A program made the position numbers and the translations under genes. A DNA stretch of 24,172 nucleotides from Dehalococcoidales bacterium (GTDB taxonomy: Bacteria > Chloroflexota > Dehalococcoidia > Dehalococcoidales > ARS1013): contig DAOVGW010000021.1 of assembly GCA_030672225.1 (NCBI GenBank), positions 1-24,172 on the forward strand, in the 5' to 3' direction. The notes under the pieces were generated by a model. That model did not search any database. It was not told the DNA's origin and saw nothing but the letters and a program-made list of their open reading frames with translations. Below are positions 15,895 through 24,005 of this stretch, in pieces; the first letter of the stretch is position 1, and the number at the start of each line of letters is the position of its first letter.

Positions 15895-17779
15895 GCGCTA
15901 CGGTAATGGCATAGCCAAGGGAATGGCTTTAACCCTAAAGCACCTGTTTAGAAAGCCGATTACCACGCAATACCCAGACGAGAAACTGACTGTTTCTCGC
16001 CGAATTCGGGGTAATGTGCTTGCCTGGTCCCAGGAAAAGTGTATCGGTTGTTATACCTGTGCCCAGAGCTGCCCTCATGGCTGTATTGATATCGTGACTT
16101 CTGAGAAGGGAACTAAGGGATTGGTTCCGGCACCGTGTAGCCATACCTGCCCGGCTCATGTGGATGTACCCCGTTATATTCGCTATATTACTGAGGGCAA
16201 GCCAGATGAGGCGGTAGCCGTAATCCGGGAGAGAATTCCCTTCCCTGCGGTCTGCGGTTACATTTGCGCCCATCCCTGCGAAGCTGCCTGTAGCCGGGGG
16301 CAGATAGATGAGCCAATCGCTATCCGCATGCTCAAGCGGTTTGCCGTTGATAATGATAGCGGCCTATGGAGGAAAAGGTCAAAGATTGCTTCACCCAGCG
16401 GTAAGCAGGTGGCAGTTATTGGCTCAGGACCAGCAGGACTCACCGCCGCCTATTACCTGACTAAGCTTAGCGGTCATTCGGTAACCGTCTTTGAGGCCTT
16501 ACCTAAGCCAGGAGGTATGATGCGAGTTGGTATTCCGAGCTATCGGCTGCCCAGGGATATACTTAAAGCCGAGATTAAAGAGATAGAAAATGTTGGCGTT
16601 AAGATAAAGACAAATACCAAGGTGGATTCACCCCAAAGCCTCCTTGGGCAGGGATTTAACGCTGTTTTCGTAGCCATTGGAGCCCACCAGACTACTGGAC
16701 TAGGCGTTGCTGGTGAAGATGACCCCAAGGTATTGGGTGGTACCGACTTCTTAAGAGAGGTCAATCTAGGCAAAGAGATAAAACTCGGAAACAGGGTAGC
16801 CGTTATCGGTGGCGGTAATACTGCTATGGACTCGGCAAGAACCGCCATTCGTCTTGGGGCTAAAGAGGTAACCATCGTCTACCGGCGGACTCGGGCAGAA
16901 ATGCCGGCTAGCTCGGAAGAAATTGAGGAGGCTATTGAGGAGGGAGTAAAGTTCCTCTTTCTGGCAGCCCCGTCACAAATAACTAGTCCGGACGGGGAAC
17001 TGGAGCTAGAGTGTCTTCGCATGAAGTTAGGTGCCGAAGATTTAAGCGGTCGGCGGCGGCCTGAGCCAATTACGGGCAGTGAGTTTACCATGAGCTTGGA
17101 TAACATTATAGCCGCTATTGGTCAGCGTCCAGTGGTACCAGCTTCGTTTAATCTAGCTACTGAACGAGGCGACAAAATCCAGGTTGACCCCGATACGCTG
17201 GTCACCGACAATAAGGCGATATTTGCCGGCGGTGATGCTGTGCTCGGGCCGGCCACAGTTATTGAGGCCATTGCTGCCGGCAGACAGGCAGCCATTTCCA
17301 TAGACAAATACCTGGGCGGCAGTGGCATTATTGATGAAACACTAACGACGCCTGAGGAAATAATAGACCGCCCTGGCGGACCTAAGGAAGGATGGCGCCC
17401 CAAGATAGACGCCATCTCACATGAAAAACGGCTTTCCAGCTTTTCAGGGACAGAACTTGGCTGGAGCAAGCAGTCGGCGAGCGAAGAGACGCAGCGGTGC
17501 CTTCGTTGTGATATTACCTATGAAGTAGAGAAGTACCAACTCCGTGGTGGGCAATGCATCTATTGTGGCTTATGCGTTGAGGCCTGTCCCTTTGATGCCC
17601 TGTTTATGGGTTATAGCTATGAGCGGGCTTCGTATCGGCTCCATGAACAACTCTTAAGCAAAGAAGAGCTTCTGCTTTCGGATAAGAGGCAACCCAGCGG
17701 TTACGCCCACCCTGAAGTTGAAGAGACCTTACCTAAACAGACTTTACTGATTGACCGAAGGGAGTACTTGACAAGGTAG
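15884..17779 (+). CDS. nuoI: NuoI 2x[4Fe-4S] subunit carrying an inserted GltD/NfnB/SudA-family FAD/NAD(P)H oxidoreductase domain
   Basis: Residues 1-77 are NuoI-like (GM..TLKHLFRKPIT.QYPDE, C53-x2-C56-x2-C59-x3-C63-P). Residues ~78-545 are GltD-like (PC85xxxC89P, C124/128/132/136, GSGPAG, GGGNTAMD, YRR, FAGGD, RC539LRC542). Residues ~546-631 are the second NuoI half (C558-x2-C561-x2-C564-x3-C568-P, DALFM). The gene occupies the nuoI slot between nuoH and nuoJ. Confidence 0.93.
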   Translation: MRFERYGNGIAKGMALTLKHLFRKPITTQYPDEKLTVSRRIRGNVLAWSQEKCIGCYTCAQSCPHGCIDIVTSEKGTKGLVPAPCSHTCPAHVDVPRYIRYITEGKPDEAVAVIRERIPFPAVCGYICAHPCEAACSRGQIDEPIAIRMLKRFAVDNDSGLWRKRSKIASPSGKQVAVIGSGPAGLTAAYYLTKLSGHSVTVFEALPKPGGMMRVGIPSYRLPRDILKAEIKEIENVGVKIKTNTKVDSPQSLLGQGFNAVFVAIGAHQTTGLGVAGEDDPKVLGGTDFLREVNLGKEIKLGNRVAVIGGGNTAMDSARTAIRLGAKEVTIVYRRTRAEMPASSEEIEEAIEEGVKFLFLAAPSQITSPDGELELECLRMKLGAEDLSGRRRPEPITGSEFTMSLDNIIAAIGQRPVVPASFNLATERGDKIQVDPDTLVTDNKAIFAGGDAVLGPATVIEAIAAGRQAAISIDKYLGGSGIIDETLTTPEEIIDRPGGPKEGWRPKIDAISHEKRLSSFSGTELGWSKQSASEETQRCLRCDITYEVEKYQLRGGQCIYCGLCVEACPFDALFMGYSYERASYRLHEQLLSKEELLLSDKRQPSGYAHPEVEETLPKQTLLIDRREYLTR

Positions 17780-17783
17780 AAGA

Positions 17784-18272
17784 ATGGGATTAGAAATTGC
17801 CTTTTGGGTGCTAGCTGTAGTGGCTATAGCGGCTGCCCTAGCTGTAGTTACGCTGCGCAATGTTTTCCGGGCGGCGCTGTCACTGATTTTATGCTTCCTG
17901 GCGGTGGCTGGTATCTTTGTCACCCTCAGTGCCGACTTCCTGGCAGCGGTTCAGATTCTCATTTATGTTGGCGCCATTGCGGTACTAATTATCCTAGCTA
18001 TCATGCTGACCAGAGAGGTCGAGCGGGGCAGCCTTTCTAATAAGCTAGTGGTTCCAGTGCTTATCAGTGCTATATTGTTTTTCGGGGTAGCCACCTTTGC
18101 CATGCTCAATACATCGTGGCCTGTAGTCAGCTTGCCCCCTGCGGAGCCTACGACGGCTCTCTTGGCCAGTAAACTTTTCGGCGAAGATGGCTTTATCTTA
18201 ACGGTAGAGATTGCTGCCATTCTACTACTGGCTACCATTATAGGAGCCATCACTATAGTGAGAGAGAAATAA
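17784..18272 (+). CDS. nuoJ: Complex I-like subunit NuoJ
   Basis: NVFRAAL.LILCFL.VAGIF..L.ADFLAAVQILIYVGAI.VLI, VEIAAILLL..IIGAI. Confidence 0.95.
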   Translation: MGLEIAFWVLAVVAIAAALAVVTLRNVFRAALSLILCFLAVAGIFVTLSADFLAAVQILIYVGAIAVLIILAIMLTREVERGSLSNKLVVPVLISAILFFGVATFAMLNTSWPVVSLPPAEPTTALLASKLFGEDGFILTVEIAAILLLATIIGAITIVREK

Positions 18273-18348
18273 AAGTCTTTAAGGCTGTGGAGATGCCACC
18301 GTGTTACTTGCCACCAACTTAGAAGCTATACCTTAGAGAGGGAACTAT

Positions 18349-18660
18349 ATGTCTTTAGGTTTGGAGCATTATCTAGTTCTATCAGCCGCATTATTCTCTA
18401 TCGGCTTATACGGAGCGCTGACCAAAAGAAGCGCCGTAGTCATTCTGATGTCTATTGAGCTTATGCTCAATGCAACCAACATCGCTCTGGTCGCCTTTTC
18501 ACGATATATTGTGCCGGTGCTACTAACCGGGCAGGTTTTTACCATTTTCTCTATCGTAGTAGCAGCCGCTGAGGCTACCGTGGGCTTGGCTATTATAATG
18601 GCTATCTATCGCAGCCGTGAGACTATAGATACCACCAAAATAGACCTGATGAAATGGTAA
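18349..18660 (+). CDS. nuoK: Complex I-like subunit NuoK
   Basis: YLVLSAALFSIG, MSIELMLNA.N..LVAFS, VAAAEA.VGLAI. Confidence 0.96.
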   Translation: MSLGLEHYLVLSAALFSIGLYGALTKRSAVVILMSIELMLNATNIALVAFSRYIVPVLLTGQVFTIFSIVVAAAEATVGLAIIMAIYRSRETIDTTKIDLMKW

Positions 18661-18675
18661 TAGACTAAAAGGCTT

Positions 18676-20607
18676 ATGGAAACTGTAATACCAAATGAAC
18701 TGGTCTGGCTTATCTTCTTACTGCCGCTATTATCGTTTGCGGTAATTTCTTTGATTTTAAGACCATTCTTCTCAAATAAGCCCAGGCTCAGCGGTTATAT
18801 CTCCATTAGCGCCATCTTCGGCTCCTTTATCCTATCAATCTGGGCACTAACAAGTATTCTTTCGGCACCAAGTCACGAGCTAGCAATACCCGACTTTAAC
18901 TGGCTTGTTATTGATAGTGCCATTACCATTCATCTTGGGCTAATTATGGACTCACTGACAGCGGTGATGCTTATCGTCGTCACCCTTGTCAGCCTCATGA
19001 TACAGATGTACTCACAGGGCTATATGCAAGGCGACCCTAGTTACCACCGCTACTATGCCTATATGTCACTATTTACCGCCTCAATGCTGGGGCTGGTTAT
19101 GGTTGATAATCTACTCATAATGTTTGTCTTCTGGGAGCTGGTGGGCTTATGCTCCTATCTCCTTATTGGCTTCTGGTTCCATCGTCCGGCGGCAGCCAAT
19201 GCAGCCAAAAAGGCTTTTATTGTCACCCGCATCGGTGACTTTGGCTTCCTGGCGGCAATACTGCTTCTTCTTTCCAAGACGGGCACCCTTGATATTGCCC
19301 AGCTCCATAGCTTAGCCATAGCCGGAACTCTAGCCGGCACAGTCCTCACCTTGGCCGCCATAGGCATCTTTCTCGGAGCTGTAGGCAAATCAGCCCAATT
19401 TCCACTCCATGTCTGGCTGCCAGATGCCATGGAAGGTCCGACCCCGGTCAGTGCCCTGATTCATGCGGCGACTATGGTCGCCGCCGGCGTCTTTCTGGTT
19501 GCCCGAATGTTTCCCCTCTTTGAGCACTCTGAAGTCGCCTTGCTTACTGTAGCCATCATCGGGGGCTTAACCGCCATTTTTGCCGCCACTATGGGTCTGG
19601 TAATGACTGATATCAAGCGAGTCCTGGCCTATTCTACCATCAGCCAGCTTGGCTATATGATGCTGGGGCTGGGGGTTGGTGGCATAGCCATTGGTATCTT
19701 CCACCTGTTTAACCATGCCTTCTTTAAGGCGCTACTATTTCTTGGAGCCGGTAGTGTCAGTCACGCCACCGGGACATTTGATATGCGCCAGATGGGCGGA
19801 CTGCGCAAGGTGATGCCGTGGACCTATGCTACCTTTCTTATTGCCTCGCTTTCTATTGCCGGCATCTGGCCACTTGCCGGGTTCTGGAGCAAGGATGAAA
19901 TACTGCTTAGCTCAATTAATAACCAACCCATCTTGTTTTACCTAGCCATGGTCACTGTCTTTATGACCGCATTCTACATGTTCCGCGTAGTCTTTCTCAC
20001 CTTTGGTGGTCAGTATCGAGGTGACAACTCAGGCAGCCACAGCGCGAGACCCCACGAATCACCATCGGTAATGATTATGCCCATGGTGGTTCTGGCTGTT
20101 CTGGCGGTTGGCTCCGGCTGGCTTAATGTCACCGGTGGTTTTAGCCAGTTTCTGGGTGGCGGTGAAACACGTGGCTTCTTTGAAGGCCTTTTCCATGGCT
20201 TTACACATACACTACCTGGGTTACCAATTCCATTAGCCTGGATTTCACTGATATTGGCGGGACTAGGTATTCTTCTGGCCTATGCTATCTACAGCGCCAG
20301 ATGGCTGTCAGCCGAGCGAATTACCAGGCTATTTGCGCCGCTGCACATGCTATTTTCTAGGAAGTACTGGTTTGATGAGCTTTATGAGCATATCATTGCC
20401 AGGATAGTATTACTAAAAGGCCTTTTTGCCGGCCTGAAGTTCTTTGATAGCCGGGGTATTGACGGAGCGGTAAACGGGATAGCTCGCACAACAGTGGCTA
20501 CCGGCAGAGTTATCAGGAAAGCACAGACCGGGCAGCTTCAACTCTACGGTATGTTCATCATCCTGGGCGTTGTCGCCATCATACTTGCCATGTATTTATC
20601 GGGTTAA
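18676..20607 (+). CDS. nuoL: Complex I-like antiporter subunit NuoL
   Basis: YS.GYM.GD, FWELVGLCSYLLIGFW, RIGD.GF, GKSAQFPLHVWLPDAMEGPTPVSALIHAATMV, AYSTISQLGYM, HL.NHAFFKALLFL, FWSKD; 643 aa with the long C-terminal arm. Confidence 0.97.
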   Translation: METVIPNELVWLIFLLPLLSFAVISLILRPFFSNKPRLSGYISISAIFGSFILSIWALTSILSAPSHELAIPDFNWLVIDSAITIHLGLIMDSLTAVMLIVVTLVSLMIQMYSQGYMQGDPSYHRYYAYMSLFTASMLGLVMVDNLLIMFVFWELVGLCSYLLIGFWFHRPAAANAAKKAFIVTRIGDFGFLAAILLLLSKTGTLDIAQLHSLAIAGTLAGTVLTLAAIGIFLGAVGKSAQFPLHVWLPDAMEGPTPVSALIHAATMVAAGVFLVARMFPLFEHSEVALLTVAIIGGLTAIFAATMGLVMTDIKRVLAYSTISQLGYMMLGLGVGGIAIGIFHLFNHAFFKALLFLGAGSVSHATGTFDMRQMGGLRKVMPWTYATFLIASLSIAGIWPLAGFWSKDEILLSSINNQPILFYLAMVTVFMTAFYMFRVVFLTFGGQYRGDNSGSHSARPHESPSVMIMPMVVLAVLAVGSGWLNVTGGFSQFLGGGETRGFFEGLFHGFTHTLPGLPIPLAWISLILAGLGILLAYAIYSARWLSAERITRLFAPLHMLFSRKYWFDELYEHIIARIVLLKGLFAGLKFFDSRGIDGAVNGIARTTVATGRVIRKAQTGQLQLYGMFIILGVVAIILAMYLSG

Positions 20608-20615
20608 AGGAAGGC

Positions 20616-22118
20616 TTGCAGTTGGACTTTAATTATCTAACAATCATAATCTTCCTGCCACTGGCCGGGGCAGCTATTATTGCCCTGGTGCCTGGGCTTT
20701 CCTCAAGGCTCATTAGGTATGTTGCCGCCATTTTTACACTTGTCCCCCTGGCCATCTCCTTAGGACTGTTCGCCGCTTTCGACAGGTCAGCAGGGGCTGA
20801 AGTATTTCAATTTCAAGAAAAGGTCTCCTGGATTCCAGCGATTAATGCCAACTACCATTTAGGCGTTGATGGCCTGAGCCTGCCCCTAGTAGTGCTAATG
20901 GCCCTGCTTGGTTTTCTAGCGGTTCTCATTTCCTGGAAGATAAACTTAAGAGTGCGGGAGTACTTTGCCTGGCTGCTGCTGCTTGAGACAAGCATCCTCG
21001 GCGTATTCGTTTCCCTTGACCTACTACTATTCTTCATCTTCTGGGAGATAGAGATCATCCCCATGTACTTCCTAATCTCCATCTGGGGAGCCGGCCGAAA
21101 AGAATACTCAGCCATGAAGTATGTTCTCTATACTCTGTTTGGTGGTGCCCTGATACTGGCTGGCATCCTAGGTCTCTACTTCACCACCGACCCCCATAGT
21201 CTAAGTATGGTGGATATAGCCCAGACCGACCTTGCTCCACTGGTTACCAGCATCCCACTGGCGGCTATCTTCTTCCTGCTACTAGCTGGCTTTGCCGTAA
21301 AATTGCCTATCATTCCCTTGCATACCTGGCTGCCTGATGCTCATACCGATGCCCCAACGGCAGTCAGCGTGATACTGGCCGGGACACTGATTAAGATGGG
21401 TGGCTACGCTATAATTCGCATTTGCGTCACCATCTTCCCTCAGGCCACCCAGGATTATGCCCCGTTGCTCCTTACCCTGGCGGCAGTCAACGTGGTCTAT
21501 GGAGCAGCAGTAACACTAAAACAGACCGACATTAAGAGGCTGATTGCCTATAGCAGCATCAGCCATATGGGCTTTGTCCTGCTTGGCATTTTTGCCCTGA
21601 GCAAGGTAAGCCTGGTTGGTGCCGGTTTGCAGATGTTCAGCCACGGCATCATTACCGGACTCCTGTTTGCCGTCGCCGGCATAGTCATGCACAATACCAA
21701 GGAGCGCAATATCGCCAAGCTGGGTGGCCTGGCTCGACAGATGCCAGCTATAGCTGTCATATTTACCATCGCTGGACTGGGTGCTATGGGCGTGCCCTCC
21801 ACCAGCGGCTTTACCGCCGAGGTTACCATCTTTTTGGGTGCTTTCTCCAGTAACGTTGTTAGTGGGGTTCCTATCTTTACCATCATCTGCCTGCTGGGTA
21901 TTCTACTGGCGGCAGCCTACATACTGTGGCTCTTGCAGCGGGTATTCTTTGGTCCGGCGCTTGCGAAATTCAACCATGTTATAGACGCCGACCGTCTGGA
22001 GAAGATATATTGCGCTATCTTTATTGCTCTTATCTTTTTGGTTGGTCTTTACCCGATGATTTTGACCGATGTCATTAAAACCGGTATCGCTCCCATAGCC
22101 GCCCTATTTGGCGGATAA
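20616..22118 (+). CDS. nuoM: Complex I-like antiporter subunit NuoM
   Basis: YHLGVDGLS, FFIFWE, KLP.IPLHTWLPDAHTDAPT, IKMGGY, IAYSSISHMG, QMFSHG, FTAE; TTG start. Confidence 0.97.
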   Translation: MQLDFNYLTIIIFLPLAGAAIIALVPGLSSRLIRYVAAIFTLVPLAISLGLFAAFDRSAGAEVFQFQEKVSWIPAINANYHLGVDGLSLPLVVLMALLGFLAVLISWKINLRVREYFAWLLLLETSILGVFVSLDLLLFFIFWEIEIIPMYFLISIWGAGRKEYSAMKYVLYTLFGGALILAGILGLYFTTDPHSLSMVDIAQTDLAPLVTSIPLAAIFFLLLAGFAVKLPIIPLHTWLPDAHTDAPTAVSVILAGTLIKMGGYAIIRICVTIFPQATQDYAPLLLTLAAVNVVYGAAVTLKQTDIKRLIAYSSISHMGFVLLGIFALSKVSLVGAGLQMFSHGIITGLLFAVAGIVMHNTKERNIAKLGGLARQMPAIAVIFTIAGLGAMGVPSTSGFTAEVTIFLGAFSSNVVSGVPIFTIICLLGILLAAAYILWLLQRVFFGPALAKFNHVIDADRLEKIYCAIFIALIFLVGLYPMILTDVIKTGIAPIAALFGG

Positions 22119-22170
22119 GGGGCTTGATAGTTTTAACTTAGTAGTAACATGGGAGGCAAAGGAGTAAATT

Positions 22171-23652
22171 TTGAATCTTGAGCTACTTCTGCCAGAGCTA
22201 AGCCTTCTTATTACCGCTATAGCGGTAATCATGCTTGACCTTTTTACCGAGCGCAAGGGACTGCTGGCAGTGGTCAGCATAGTTGGTTTAGCTATCGCTG
22301 CTGGCTTTGCCATAACTATGTGGGGCACGGATCCTCAGGCTATCTTCAACAATATGCTAGCGGTGGATAACTATGCCCTTTTCTTCAAGCTGTTGTTTTT
22401 AGGTATTGCCGTCCTCGTTATCCTGGTCTCGGTAGACTATGTCTCCAAGTTTGTCCACTTCCGCGGTGAATACCACGCCCTGGTACTTCTAGCCACACTA
22501 GGCATGATGCTGATGGCGGCGGCCACTGACCTAATCTCCATCTTCGTGGCTCTAGAGCTGGCTGCAATCTCCTTCTATGTTCTGGTCGGCTTTCTTAAAG
22601 ACAAAAAATCAACCGAAGCCTCTTTGAAATTCGTTTTGCTGGGGGGGATTGCCTCGGCAGTGCTGCTCTTTGGCATGGCGCTCACCTTCGGCTTTACCGG
22701 CACCACCCAACTCCCCGAAATCGCCCTGGCAGTCCATGAGATGAGTGCACAGGGGCTTCTATCTAACCCGGGCCTTATACTGGGCATAGTACTGATGATA
22801 GCCGGCTTCGGCTTTAAGATTGCCGCCGTACCCTTTCACATGTGGGCGCCCGATGTTTATGAGGGGGCACCAACGCCAATAACCCTCTATTTATCGGTGG
22901 GCAGTAAAGTCGCTGGCTTTGCCGTCATCCTGCGGGTTTTCTACTCTGCTTTCGCACTGCCAGAGACGCTGAGCCTGGATTGGGGGATGATATTTGCCAT
23001 ACTTGGCGCCATAGGTATGACACTGGGCAATGTAGTCGCCATCCAACAGGCTAACATTAAGCGTATGCTGGCTTACTCCAGCATCGCCCACGCCGGTTAT
23101 ATAATGATAGGACTGGCCGCCATCGGGCTATCCATCGGGCTATCACCAACTACGGATACTCTAGCCCCTCTAGCCCAGAGCAGTATTCTCTTCTATGTAG
23201 TTGCCTTTGCCCTGGCTGACCTAGCCGCTTTTATCTCGGTTATCGTTATTTCGGGTAAGCTCGGTAGTGACCAAATTTCGGACTATGCCGGCATGGGAAA
23301 GCAGGCTCCACTAGTGGCTTTAGCCCTGACCCTGGGGCTTATCTCCCTTATCGGGCTGCCACCAACCGCCGGCTTTATAGCCAAGTTCTACATCTTCAGC
23401 GATGCAGTTAACAACGGCCTATTATGGCTGGTGATTATCGCTGTCCTAAATAGCGCCATATCAGCCTACTACTATCTCAGGGTGGTAAAAGTAATGTGGC
23501 TTAATGAGCCAGCTCGTGAGGGGAAGGTGCCTTCCTCTCTAGCTCTTCGGCTGGCTCTGGCTATTTCCTGCCTCGGCATCCTGCTTTTGGGCATTGTCCC
23601 CACCATTGTAATGAAGCTTGCCGAAATGGCAACCAGTATGTTCGGCTTTTAG
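22171..23652 (+). CDS. nuoN: Complex I-like antiporter subunit NuoN
   Basis: FVALEL, EASLKF, FKIAAVPFHMWAPDVYEGAPTP, KVAGFA, NIKRMLAYSSIAHAGY, GLPPTAGFIAKF, YYYLRV; TTG start after RBS AAGGAG. Confidence 0.97.
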   Translation: MNLELLLPELSLLITAIAVIMLDLFTERKGLLAVVSIVGLAIAAGFAITMWGTDPQAIFNNMLAVDNYALFFKLLFLGIAVLVILVSVDYVSKFVHFRGEYHALVLLATLGMMLMAAATDLISIFVALELAAISFYVLVGFLKDKKSTEASLKFVLLGGIASAVLLFGMALTFGFTGTTQLPEIALAVHEMSAQGLLSNPGLILGIVLMIAGFGFKIAAVPFHMWAPDVYEGAPTPITLYLSVGSKVAGFAVILRVFYSAFALPETLSLDWGMIFAILGAIGMTLGNVVAIQQANIKRMLAYSSIAHAGYIMIGLAAIGLSIGLSPTTDTLAPLAQSSILFYVVAFALADLAAFISVIVISGKLGSDQISDYAGMGKQAPLVALALTLGLISLIGLPPTAGFIAKFYIFSDAVNNGLLWLVIIAVLNSAISAYYYLRVVKVMWLNEPAREGKVPSSLALRLALAISCLGILLLGIVPTIVMKLAEMATSMFGF

Positions 23653-23670
23653 CTGGATTATTTATTAACC

Positions 23671-23754
23671 CTTCGGGCTTGAGCCCTCTAGGGCGAAGCC
23701 TCACCCCTCGAAGAGTCTTCGACCTTAAAGCACCCAGAAAAATCGAAGATTTTC
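23671..23754. repeat. Cluster of short palindromes/hairpins directly after nuoN
   Basis: CTTCG...CGAAG (23671-23698) enclosing GGGC-TTGA-GCCC-TCTA-GGGC; TCGAAGA-G-TCTTCGA (23708-23722); AAAATC-GAA-GATTTT (23739-23753). Confidence 0.6.
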
Positions 23755-23791
23755 CCGGGGACCCGCTTTATCCCCCTCTCCTTACGTTCCT

Positions 23792-23902
23792 TGTCTTTGC
23801 GAGGAGCCGAAGCTCTGAGTGTAGCGAAGAGTCTGCGACGAAGCAAACTAGAGGATGAAGACGAGATCGCTTCGCCCTTCAGTAGAAGGGCTCGCAATGA
23901 CA
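23792..23902. repeat. TGTC-tagged palindromic element (REP/RPE-like), flanked by a second inverted repeat
   Basis: Termini TGTCTTTGCGAG and CTCGCAATGACA form an 11/12 inverted repeat; inner CGAAGC/GCTTCG; GCCCTTC-AGTA-GAAGGGC hairpin; outer TCCCCCTCTC (23771-23780)/GAGAGGGGGA (23918-23927). Confidence 0.75.
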
Positions 23903-24005
23903 CAGCGGACAGTATGTGAGAGGGGGAAATATCGGTTAACTAACAGCGTATAATAGGATGAGTAGTTACTTAACAAATAATTAGCTACTCAGATTCGGAG
24001 ATGAT

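Noticed and set aside
15884-17779. The long nuoI as a frameshift, read-through or mobile insertion (intein, intron, IS)
   Set aside because: It is one uninterrupted frame; the insert has complete flavoprotein motifs and no intein, endonuclease or transposase signature or terminal repeats. Only misassembly remains untested.
17767-17795. TTGACA at the end of nuoI as an internal promoter
   Set aside because: The matching -10 (TAGAAA) is poor and lies inside nuoJ; the hexamer is coding sequence (L-T).
205-23091. The many 60-125-aa antisense or out-of-frame ORFs in the six-frame track
   Set aside because: All overlap strongly conserved genes, show no recognisable motifs, and are the expected shadows of coding sequence.
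18676-23652. A 2M-type complex I with an extra antiporter subunit
   Set aside because: There is one copy each of nuoL, nuoM and nuoN.
23688-23903. 71-aa minus-strand ORF
   Set aside because: It lies entirely on the palindrome array, has low-complexity composition and no RBS; it is probably an artefact of the repeats.
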